A DNA stretch of 64,000 bases from NCBI GenBank assembly GCA_963803435.1, contig CAWDML010000012.1:64001-128000 (forward strand). The letters run 5' to 3'. Shown here one piece after another: positions 52,671 to 62,300 of the stretch. Origin of the DNA: an uncultured delta proteobacterium. Lineage in GTDB: Bacteria > Myxococcota > Kuafuiibacteriia > Kuafuiibacteriales > Kuafuiibacteriaceae. How positions within the stretch are numbered: the stretch's first letter is position 1; every line of letters starts with the position of its first letter. Position numbers and translations under genes: made by a program. The notes under the pieces were generated by a model, which saw only the letters and a program-made list of their open reading frames with translations, had not been told where the DNA came from and did no database searches.

Positions 52671-53602
52671 TTGTACGCCGACGCGATCACCCGCAGCGAC
52701 TCGAGGGCGTCGCGCGGAGGAACGGGGTTCTCGATCTCGCCCCTGAGATGCGCGGCGAACGCCCTGAGGAGCAACGGAACCGTCGGCACCTCCGGGACCG
52801 CGACGGCGCTGCGGTCGCGGCCGTGGGTCTCGTAGAGAGTACGCTCGATGTAGTCGGCCTCGAGCCCGCCGTCCTCGAAGTAGAGCGCGAAGCGCATGTG
52901 TCGAGAGCGTCCGATCTTGCTCACGCGCAGATCGCCGACGACATCGCCGGCCCGCAGGTGGAGGAGACCGACGTCCTCGTTGTTTTGGTAGTGGACGCGA
53001 CCGAGAGTCGCCGCCAGCAGCTCGAGCTCGCGCCCGGTGATCACGCGGAGCGCGTCGACGGTGTGGATGGCGGTCTGGATCAGCACCCCTCCGCCCGAGG
53101 TCTTCGGCTCGTCCTCCCAGGCCAGGCCGCGGTTCTCGAGCCGCTGCTCGAAGCCAAAGCCCGTGAGGCGCCCGAACTGGGCCGAGCGCTCGCGGAGCGC
53201 GCGGGTCAGCGGATCGAAGCGGAGGGTCTGGCCAACGACCAGGGGCGTCCGCGCCCGCTCGAAGGCCCCGATGATCTCGACCGCCTCGGGTACGGTGCGC
53301 GCCAAGGGCTTCTCGATCAACAGCGGCTTGCCGCGCTCGGCGATCTTGCAAGCCAACCTGCGGTGCTCGCCGGCCGGCACGACCAGACAGAAGGCGTCGA
53401 GATCGGCGGCGGCGAGCAGGCGCTCGAGGTCCGGCTCGAAGCGGCAGGAGAGCTTCCGGCACTGCTCGGCACCTTCGCGTGCATCCCGCCGCCAGGCCGC
53501 CGAGAGCAGGGCCCCGGGCACGTCGCCGGCGGTGAGGTGCGAGGCGTAGCGCGCGCCGTGGCGACCCAGCCCGATCAGTCCGATGCGTAGCGGTCCGTAC
53601 AT
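52631..53602 (-). CDS. Gfo/Idh/MocA-family oxidoreductase
   Basis: GLGRHG Rossmann motif, EKP and GGGVL....H..D. Confidence 0.88.
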   Translation of the reverse strand: MYGPLRIGLIGLGRHGARYASHLTAGDVPGALLSAAWRRDAREGAEQCRKLSCRFEPDLERLLAAADLDAFCLVVPAGEHRRLACKIAERGKPLLIEKPLARTVPEAVEIIGAFERARTPLVVGQTLRFDPLTRALRERSAQFGRLTGFGFEQRLENRGLAWEDEPKTSGGGVLIQTAIHTVDALRVITGRELELLAATLGRVHYQNNEDVGLLHLRAGDVVGDLRVSKIGRSRHMRFALYFEDGGLEADYIERTLYETHGRDRSAVAVPEVPTVPLLLRAFAAHLRGEIENPVPPRDALESLRVIASAYNQPNDGSNNQPMV

Positions 53603-53638
53603 CGCAGCGCAGGGGTCAGGCTGCTATGCTCCGGCATC

Positions 53639-54776
53639 GTGAGCAAGGGCAAGAAGGTCGTGCTCGGGTTTTTTGCGGCGATCGTGCTGGGCGGCGGCGG
53701 CGGATACGCGCTCGGACCGATCTCGGATTCGATGGCGGCGCGTTTTGCACCGTCCGAGCTGAACACGCTGAGCGTCGAGAAGATTCAGGTCGAGAGCGCA
53801 GCCGGAAACGTTCGGCTCCTCGGCAGCGACGGCGGCTGGCTCCCCGCACGCGCGGGCGACTCCGCGCTCCGTCCCACCTGCGTGGAGGCGCAGGGACCGC
53901 TGGCGACCAGTCAGCTCGCGCTGGGATCGACGAAGATCGAGGTCGGCCACCAGGCGCGCGTGCTGTTCGGTCAGAACAACGCCGCGATCGAGCTCGATCA
54001 AGGAAACGTCCGGATCTCGGGCGGCACGCTGACCACCTACGTGCCGCACCACCAGATGAAGGTGACCGGCGGCAGCTACGGCCTGTGGTCCGACGAAGAC
54101 CGGGTGGTGCTGGCAGTCCTCGAGGGCGAGGTCGAGGTCACCCGCGCCGGCGAGACGTCGAAGTTCGCGGGCGGACGCGAGATTCGTCTATCAAGGCTCG
54201 GCCGTGACGCCCCGCGGGCTCGAGCCTCAACTGGTCATCAAGGTCACGGACGAGTCGAAGAAGAGGGACGAGCGAAAGATCGCCGCCAGCGTTCCGCCCG
54301 GCGCGGCCGTCTTCGTGAAGACCGGGAGCGGCGGATACGAGCGGGTGCCGGTCTCTCCCGCGGGCAAGCTGACCGTCACGCTCACAGGGCGGGAGGCGTC
54401 CAAGGGCGAGCTGATCGCGTTCGACGCCGCCGGTCGCAGCGCGCAGCTCGGAGGCGGTTCGCCCGAAGGGGTGAAGGCCGCGCTCGCGGGCGCGGTCGAG
54501 AAGCCGGTCGAGGAGGCGCCGGAGATCCCGAAGCCCAAGGAGAAGCGGGCCGCCAAAGAGAAGGAGAAGACGAAGCGCCGGCGTCGCCTGGCTCCGCTCG
54601 AGAAGCCGGTCGAGGCGAAGCCTCCGCCGCTCGACGACGACGAGATGCCCCCGGTCGAGGACACGCTCGACGGTGACGATGGTCCGCCTCCGGCGAAGCG
54701 GACGACGCGGCCGGAGAAGAAGGCCGTTCCCACGCTCAAGCCGATCAACGAGGACGACGAGGAGAAGGTCGACTGA
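53639..54776 (+). CDS. FecR-like domain membrane protein with a +1 frameshift at about 54183
   Basis: N-terminal TM; FecR-like LDQGNV...AVLEGEVEV; deleting one T joins REIVYQGSAVTPRGLEPQL to ORF 54204-54776. Confidence 0.7.
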
Positions 54777-54865
54777 GCCCGTTCCCATGATGGGAAGCGG
54801 GCGGCCCAACGGCGCGCGCCCCTCCTTTTTCGCCGGCTGGTCCAGCGATTGCTCACCTGCCTCGG

Positions 54866-55963
54866 GTGCAGCCGGTCACGCTCCTCCCGAACGGACTCCC
54901 CTGGGCACCGAATCGTGCCTGGCTCCCCTCCCCGTCCCTCGACGCGGTGATGGCCGGCGACTTTCTCCACCTCGGACACGCCGGCGACGCGGTACGCCTG
55001 GTTCAGGTGCTGCTGGTGGCCCGGGCGATCGAGCTGTTGATCGACGGTCTGTTCGGTCCCCAGACGCAGGCCGGTATCCGAGACTTCCAGCGCGCGCAGG
55101 GCTGTGCCTGCGACGGCGTCGTCGGGCCGGAGACGCTGATGGCCCTGTGGCGGACCTCGCCGCGGTGCAGATCCCGGCGGAGCGGCGACGTCCGCTTCCG
55201 GCAGCTCGCTCCGAGAGCCCCGCAGGCCGGCGAGATCGGGCCGGCGCCCTCGATCCCCTCCTGCGATCCGATGCCGCCCGTGACCTCCGGTCCGGCTGAC
55301 GCGCAGTTGAGCCAGCTCCAGGATCGCGCGGTCCGCTTCGCCGAGAGCGAGATCGGCGTCCACGAGTCGGGCGGGACCAACCGGGGCGCGCGCGTCGATC
55401 AATACGCCCGCAACGCCGGGATGCCCGAAGGCGGGGCCTGGTGTGCGTACTTCGTGGACTTCGCCTACAGCGAGACGGCGCGCGCGAACGGCGCCGACTT
55501 CAGCGGTCGCACCAAGCTCCACTCGTACCAGAAGAACTACGCCTGGTTCGCGTACGGCAGCTACACCGCGCGTGATCAGCGGCGCGCGAGAGAGGACGGC
55601 CTCGCCCTCCGCGCCCAGCACGAGGCCGAGGGCAGCACGCGACGCTACCTGGCGATTGAGGGCTCGGAGGGCCATCGCTTCGCGGCCTCGCGCAATCTCC
55701 CGCACGAGGTCTACTCGGACTACCGCGAGCTTCCGGTGCGAGCCGGCGACACCGCGCTGTTCCGGCGCGGTCACGTCGGAATGGTAAAGAGCTACGACGC
55801 GAGCACCGGACAGCTCGTCACCATCGAGGGCAACACGGCGAACGGCGTGGCCGAGCGCTCCTATGACCTCAGCGATCCGGCGGTGCTCGCGCGCTTCGAC
55901 GGCTTTGGACGTCCGGCGCTCTCGGACCTGGCGGGCGATCCGTCAGGGGATCGGCGGCAATAG
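54866..55963 (+). CDS. Peptidoglycan-binding domain + CHAP amidase
   Basis: IDGLFGPQT...FQ...DGVVGPET (PG_binding_1); WCAYFV, GHVG and IEGNT (CHAP). Start uncertain. Confidence 0.8.
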   Translation: MQPVTLLPNGLPWAPNRAWLPSPSLDAVMAGDFLHLGHAGDAVRLVQVLLVARAIELLIDGLFGPQTQAGIRDFQRAQGCACDGVVGPETLMALWRTSPRCRSRRSGDVRFRQLAPRAPQAGEIGPAPSIPSCDPMPPVTSGPADAQLSQLQDRAVRFAESEIGVHESGGTNRGARVDQYARNAGMPEGGAWCAYFVDFAYSETARANGADFSGRTKLHSYQKNYAWFAYGSYTARDQRRAREDGLALRAQHEAEGSTRRYLAIEGSEGHRFAASRNLPHEVYSDYRELPVRAGDTALFRRGHVGMVKSYDASTGQLVTIEGNTANGVAERSYDLSDPAVLARFDGFGRPALSDLAGDPSGDRRQ

Positions 55964-57118
55964 GATCGGTTTGCCGTCCTCGATCCGGTAGAAGTACGGG
56001 CGGTCGTAGGGGAAGTGGATGTCCCGCGGCGCGACCACGTCCGCCTTCACCAGGTCGTCGAGCGTCGCCGGATAGTGTCCGGTCTGCAGCCGGTACACTT
56101 CGAGGGCCCGGCGCAGCACGCGAAGCTGGCTCTCGGACACGTGGCGGTGAACGATGGTAGGCGAGTATCGGATCGTCCCGTCGACCGCCGCGCCGGCCGG
56201 TGCGCTCCCGACCTGGCCGATCAACAGCCCGGCGATCACGACCAGGGTCGCGCTGACCAGCACGCGGCCGATGCTCCCGATCAACCGTCCCGGTGACAGC
56301 GAGCGCGCGATCCGCCGGCCGGTCTCCTCGACCGCGTCCACGGGCTTGATCACGCGGACGTAGCCCTCGCCCATCAGCACGCTGATCGCGCGGCAGGTCT
56401 CGAACTCACCCAGCCGCGACAGGTCGATCAGGTTCTGCACGGTACGACCCGCGCCGAGCAGGTCGAAGACCCGGCGCTCGTACGGGCTGATCTGATCGAA
56501 CTCGTTCGGGCCGCTGCCGATCTCCTCGAAGTCCGAGAGATCGAACTCGTCGCTCCGGGGGGCCTCGCGGCGCGGGGGCAGGGGTCGCATTCGCTCGACG
56601 GCCCAGGCATAGGTGGGGATACGCTCGCGGATGCTCGGCCACTCGTCCGTCATCCTGATCCCGTTCATGACGATCGTCTCGGAGCGGATCGGCTGAACGC
56701 CCTCGGGAGACGGTTCGACCTCGAGGGTCTCGAACTGATAGGTGCCGTGCTTCCACTCGAAGAGCGAGTGGATCGTCTCGGTCATTTGCAGCGTCGCGAA
56801 CTCGGTGATCGTGCGCGTGTCGGTGAAGGAGAGCTCGACGAGGATGGCGCCGATGCGTTTCAGCGTGCGTCGCTGCTCCTTGAGCGCCGTGTCGAGCTGC
56901 TGCTGCGTGAGGGCTTCGGCTCGCACCATGAAGGTACCGAGCAGCATCTGTTCGGGGCGGCTGGCGTTCTCGGCGCGCACGACCGAGCCGTCGCGAAAGT
57001 AGACACGGACCTCGTCGATGTCGTTGTTCAGCACCAGCACGCCGGTCTTCGCCTGCTGACCGATCAGCTGGAAGATGTCCGCGACTCCGAAGTCCTTGAT
57101 CGTGCCCTTGAGCGCCAT
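55943..57118 (-). CDS. DUF4388-domain protein with C-terminal GspG-like domain
   Basis: MALKGTIKDFGVADIFQLI...KTGVL and W..GTYQF; TM; ALEVYRLQTGHYPATLDDL. Confidence 0.85.
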   Translation of the reverse strand: MALKGTIKDFGVADIFQLIGQQAKTGVLVLNNDIDEVRVYFRDGSVVRAENASRPEQMLLGTFMVRAEALTQQQLDTALKEQRRTLKRIGAILVELSFTDTRTITEFATLQMTETIHSLFEWKHGTYQFETLEVEPSPEGVQPIRSETIVMNGIRMTDEWPSIRERIPTYAWAVERMRPLPPRREAPRSDEFDLSDFEEIGSGPNEFDQISPYERRVFDLLGAGRTVQNLIDLSRLGEFETCRAISVLMGEGYVRVIKPVDAVEETGRRIARSLSPGRLIGSIGRVLVSATLVVIAGLLIGQVGSAPAGAAVDGTIRYSPTIVHRHVSESQLRVLRRALEVYRLQTGHYPATLDDLVKADVVAPRDIHFPYDRPYFYRIEDGKPILLPPIP

Positions 57119-57121
57119 CGT

Positions 57122-59299
57122 TTACCTCTGGCTGAGCACGAGCCGGACGGAGATCAGGATGAGAATGACGGCCATGGTTGCGGAGGCGACGCTCCAGAAC
57201 ATGGCCGCGGAGGTATCGATCCAGACCGACCAGGGGTGGACCGAGAGGTAGTCGGCCAGCACGATGTTTCCCAGCAGGAGCAGGAAGAAGAACATCAGGA
57301 ACACGCCGAGGATCGGCTGCCCACCGTAAACCTGTCCGCTGCCCGCGAAGAGCGTGAGGATGCGCTCGACCCAGCGGCGGCGCACCTGAAAGCGTCGGAC
57401 CTCGAACTCCTTCCTCCGTCGCAGCAACGGCTCCACGGCCACCGCGGTCAGGAACACCGAGTTGCACTGGACGCAGTAGTGCGCCGGCGATCCGCGGTCC
57501 GCGGGGATGCCGCACTTGGGACACGGTGTGGAGAGGCGATCGGAGCGCCGGTAGAGCAGGAAGGCCAGGACCAGCAGCACCCCCATCGCGATCGAGCTCA
57601 CCAACGGCGGCAGCCAGCCGGCGACGGACCGCCACACCTGCTCGGTCACCTCGGAGGACTGGGCCGCGTCGGAGTCGAACAACCGGCGCCAGAGGATGCC
57701 CTGGTCGAACTGCGCGTCCAGGAGCTTCTGGCTGATCGGCACGCTGCTGTCGAGGCTGGTGTAGTAGTTGGTCAGCTCGCCGTCGATCGTCCGGGCCCGC
57801 TCGAGCTGATTCTTGGCCTTGTCGAACTCTCCGATCTCGGCCTCGACAGAGGCCAGGTTGAGGAACGGCTCGGCGATCTCTCCGGTGGCGGCCTGTTGAA
57901 ACGCCGCCTCCGCCGCCTCCTTCCTGCTCATCAGGTAGAGGATGGTGCCCAGGTTGTTGCGCGCCTGGGCGCTCCCCGGGTTGGAGGCGAGCGCCTGGCG
58001 GTAGTCGGCCTCCGCCCCCGCGAGATCGCCGCGACGACGCTTGAGGTGGGCCAGCACCATCGCCGTCTCGAAGTCGCCCTTGCCGTCGTGCTCCGCATAG
58101 AAGCGAAGACGCTGCTCGGCGTCCGAGGCGAACGCTTCGCCGACGGCCGTGGCCATGGCGTCCGTGAGTGAGCCGTGAAAGGTGACCAGCGGCGCGGCCA
58201 GGTAGACGAGGACCGGACCGCTCGCGAGGAGCACCAGGATCGCGGTGGAGACCGCGCGCTCCCGACGAGACTGATAGGCGTAGATCAACGTCAGCGTCGC
58301 GGCGGAGGCCACGCCGATCCCGAGCCCGAGCACCAGCGGCAGGCTGAGCAGGATCAGGAGGACGAGCACCATCTCTCCGGTGCCGATAAAGCGCGGCCAC
58401 AGCGACGCGAAGTCGTGCGCCGGATAGCGGAGGTACTTGAAGCCCTGGAGCGCGACGAACGCGACGATGGTGCCGAGCACCGCGACGCCGAGCAGCATGA
58501 GGAAGCGGGAGACCAGGGACAAGAGGTTGCGGAACTGGCCGAACTGCGCCCCCAGCATGTCCGAGAGCGCGCGGGCGATCGCCGAGATTTGGGTCCAGTC
58601 GATGTGGAAGTAGACCCGCGCACGCATCCAGTGGGCCGAGACCAGATCGGGGGAGAGCTCCGCGGCGGCCTCCACCAGGCTGATCGCGCGGGCGTTGTCC
58701 TTCGCCTCCAGCGCCAGCTTCGCCTCGTTGATCAGCTCCGCCGAGGACACGATCACGTTTCGCGCGCCCAGCTTGCTCCGGGTCTCTTCGAGCAGCGCGA
58801 GCTCGACGTCGGCGTTCGTGCGGTCGCCCGCCCGCACGTACTCTGCGCGCCGCTCGATGTGCGTGGTGAGATCGTTCTCGGTCGGCACTGGCTCCGGCGG
58901 CGGGGCATCGAGGACCGGGAGCGGGCGCTCGAGCAAACGCTTCGGGGGGACGACGACCCTCTTCGGCTCGCCGGACTCCTTCGCCGGCGGGGGCGCGGAA
59001 GGTGGCGTCTGGCTCCGGACCACCGGCGGCGGCGGCGCGGGCAGCGGCGTCTTGGGGACCTCCGGGAGCGCGTCGTCGTCGGCCGGGTCCTCCTTGAGAT
59101 CCTCTGGGTCGGGGACATCCGCGGGCGGCGGCTCGTCGTCGTCTTCGCCGTCGTCCACGCTGTCCTCGATCTCGTCGAGGGTGTCGTCGTCATCGACGGT
59201 CGTCGGGGGCGGGTCGTGCTGGGCCCACGCGCGGGGTGCCCCTGTCGCCAGCAGCACCGAGAAGAGCAGGAGCACCCTTCTCGAAGCACGTCGATGCAT
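57122..59299 (-). CDS. TPR-containing multi-pass membrane protein
   Basis: Signal peptide, acidic/Pro-rich linker, TM segments, TPRs (ARNNLG, FLNLA) and CPKC...CVQC. Confidence 0.82.
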   Translation of the reverse strand: MHRRASRRVLLLFSVLLATGAPRAWAQHDPPPTTVDDDDTLDEIEDSVDDGEDDDEPPPADVPDPEDLKEDPADDDALPEVPKTPLPAPPPPVVRSQTPPSAPPPAKESGEPKRVVVPPKRLLERPLPVLDAPPPEPVPTENDLTTHIERRAEYVRAGDRTNADVELALLEETRSKLGARNVIVSSAELINEAKLALEAKDNARAISLVEAAAELSPDLVSAHWMRARVYFHIDWTQISAIARALSDMLGAQFGQFRNLLSLVSRFLMLLGVAVLGTIVAFVALQGFKYLRYPAHDFASLWPRFIGTGEMVLVLLILLSLPLVLGLGIGVASAATLTLIYAYQSRRERAVSTAILVLLASGPVLVYLAAPLVTFHGSLTDAMATAVGEAFASDAEQRLRFYAEHDGKGDFETAMVLAHLKRRRGDLAGAEADYRQALASNPGSAQARNNLGTILYLMSRKEAAEAAFQQAATGEIAEPFLNLASVEAEIGEFDKAKNQLERARTIDGELTNYYTSLDSSVPISQKLLDAQFDQGILWRRLFDSDAAQSSEVTEQVWRSVAGWLPPLVSSIAMGVLLVLAFLLYRRSDRLSTPCPKCGIPADRGSPAHYCVQCNSVFLTAVAVEPLLRRRKEFEVRRFQVRRRWVERILTLFAGSGQVYGGQPILGVFLMFFFLLLLGNIVLADYLSVHPWSVWIDTSAAMFWSVASATMAVILILISVRLVLSQR

Positions 59300-59398
59300 C
59301 GATGATGACGGGTACCATTCCCCCGCAACGGCAGCAACTTCGCGCCTGCGCGCGTGTAAGGCGCACGGCTCATAACACAGCTCGTGTAGGCGTGTCGT

Positions 59399-62300
59399 TC
59401 AGAAGCGGAGATCCGACGTCTGCCCGTCGTCGTGCGCGACCTCTGCGAAGTCTGCGCTGAGAACGAAGGCGATCAGGTCGGAAGCCGAGCGCCAGCGCTT
59501 CACCGAAGCGATCCGCTCCTGGCTGCTGCCGAACGGCTCGCCCAGGGTCCGTGGCTCCGTTCGACGCAGACCGCGCAGCGCCGCCCACAGCTCCCCCGCG
59601 ACCAGGAGCCCGAACCGATCCGCGGCCGCCACCGCGCTCTTCATCCAGGGCTCCAGGTCGACCTCCACGGTCGACTGCGACACCGGGATGGCCAGCGCCG
59701 CCAGCGCCTCCCGGTCCTCGACCGACAGCCAGCCGCGGATGGCGTCGACCTGATCGACGAGCTCAGGCGAGACGATCACCGCGGACTCGGGCGACGCCAC
59801 CTTCACCAGGAGATCGAGATAGCGCTGCCGCTCCGGCCCGCCGGCCCCCTCGGCGAGCAGGTAGCCCAGCTCGATCAGCATGGCGGCGCGCGCCACGTGA
59901 AACCGCAGCTCGGAGGGCGTCGCGTCGTCGGCGAGCGCCTCGCCCACGACGATCCGAGGCGGATCGCCGGCGGCGATCGAGACGCGCTCGCCACCGTCGA
60001 GATCGAGCCAGACCTCGAACGGCACGCCGCTCACCTCCCGCACCAGGCGCACCAGATCGGCGAGCCTCCGGTCGTCGCTCGCGTCCACCCAGCTGGACGG
60101 GAGCACGTTCGCCCCCGGAAGTCGCGCGGCCATCGGGAGCGCGGTCGTGCGGAGGAGGCGCCCCAGCCAGGTCGCGGTCAGCTCGTGGAAGAGGCGCGTT
60201 CGGACCGTCTTCTCCGCGGGTCGATGCGTCAGCGGTGTGAAGGTCGCGGTCTCGTCTCCCTCGCCCAGGAGGGCCAGCACCGAGCGCGCACCAACGGCCT
60301 TGCCGTTGGCGCCCTCTCCGCCCAGCGCCCGGAACAGCGACGACACCAGGTCCAGGTCGGTGGGGTTCTGCGCGAGCAACCTCCGGTAGATCCGGGCGGC
60401 GGCCTCCAGGTGGATGCGCTGCGCCCGGTACGCGTCCGCCAGCGGGCGCGCGAACAGGTCGTGACCACCGCTGGCCGCGTAGAGCCCTTCGAGCCAGCGC
60501 ACACCCGACTCCGAGATCGCACGCGGCGATCGCAGCCGCCCTACGATCGATCGCAGGCGGTACACGATCCGCGGCGAACGCACGGTCATCGGATCGCCAC
60601 TGTCGCGATCCCACCGCTCGGCGGAGCGATGCACGGCCTCGCTGGCGGCACGATCGAACAGCGAGAGGTCGGCACGCTCGAGGGCCGTGAGATCACCCTC
60701 CGGGAGAAACGTCACCAGCAGATCGAAGGCGTCGTCGTCGCGCGATACGGCGAAGCACGCCGCCGCCAGCCGGATGCGCGCGCCGTCGGAGAGCTCGCCG
60801 AGCCCGGCCACCGAGCCCAGCTCGACCGCGATTCGCAGGAGCGCCTCGCCGTCGCCCATCGCCGCGTAGAACGCGATCAGACGCCGTCGCACCGTCTCGT
60901 CGGAGATGAACCGCTCCAGCCGTCGCGCGATCCTCAGCGAGCGCCGCTGCTCGCGGCTCTGCTTCGCCACCTCGAGCGCGGCCAGCAGGCTGCCGCGCGG
61001 ATCCTCGACGTCGGAGCGGGACGACTCTCGTTCGAGGAAGTCGACCAGCGCCCGCGAGGCCCCCGCCGCCCGCATCAGCTCTTGGTGCAGGCGCCTCGCC
61101 TTGGGCTCGTCCGGCGTCAGCTGGAGCGCGCGCTCGATCGCACCGCGCGCTCGATCGCTGTGACCGCGGAGCCGTGCGATCTCCGCCCTCCGGAGCAGGA
61201 GCGACCCGATCTCGGCGGCATCGACCACCGGGTCGAGCCGCTCGACCAGATCTTCGATCCAGACCTCGCGACCTTCGGCGTCCTCGACGCGATCGCAGGC
61301 GGCGGCCAGGACACGAAGAGCATCGAGCGACCCGGGATCACGCGCCCGCGCCCGCAGCGCCCGAGCCACTGCCAGATTCACGTCGTCGTTCTCGAGGGCC
61401 ACGCGCGCCGCGGCGACCTCGAAGTCCGGCGCCGACCACGAGGGCCCGCCGAGCTTCTCCAGGCGCCGGAACACCGGCGCCGCCCGGTCCCACGCTCGCG
61501 AGAGATACTCGATGCGCGCCAGCCGCGAGAGGGCCTCGACGTCTTCGGGATTCGCAGTCAGCGCGCTGACCAGGACGTCGCGGATCCGGCGCAAGTTAGC
61601 CTGCACATGTGGCTCGTCGCGCCGCGCCGGCCAGTCCTCCGGGAGATGCTCCGCGAAGAGCTTGCCCACCTGTACCAGTGAGGCCGCCTGCTCCACCGGA
61701 TCTTTGAGGCTTTTGGCGCGGCGCTCCTCGAGCTCGGCGAGCTCGGTCCATCGACCCGATCGATCGAGCAGGGCGCGCAGCGCCCGATAGTTCTCGTCCA
61801 CCGGGGCCTCACCGTTCGCCTTGTCGGGATCGAGCAGAGGCGCGTCCTCGAGATCGGCGAAGTCGACCTTTTCCGCCTCCTCGCGCTGCCCCTGCGCCTC
61901 CCAGTGACGGCCCAGCGGCTCCGAGAGGATCCGCGCCAGCGCCAGGCGATGTCTCCCCCGGACCAGGCCCGGATCCATCTCCTCGATCCGCGCCTCGATC
62001 ATCGCGGCGATCCGTTCCGCCGGTAGCGTGGCGCGGGCCCTTGCCACCAGCTCGTCCAGGAGCGACGACGACGCCGGCCGCGCGGTGAACGCGCGCGCGT
62101 AGGCGTCGAGCTCCGCCTCCACGTCGCCTAGGGCTCCAGAGGTCCTGGCCTCCTCGAGCAGGTAGAGGATCCGCGCGTCGCGCTCACCGAGATCCTCCGC
62201 AAGCGCCACCGCCGCCCGGGCGTGCTCGCGCGCCTTGCCGGGATCGCCCACTTTCTTGGCCAGCTCGATGACGGCGCGGCGCGTCCCCAGATCGGCCGGC

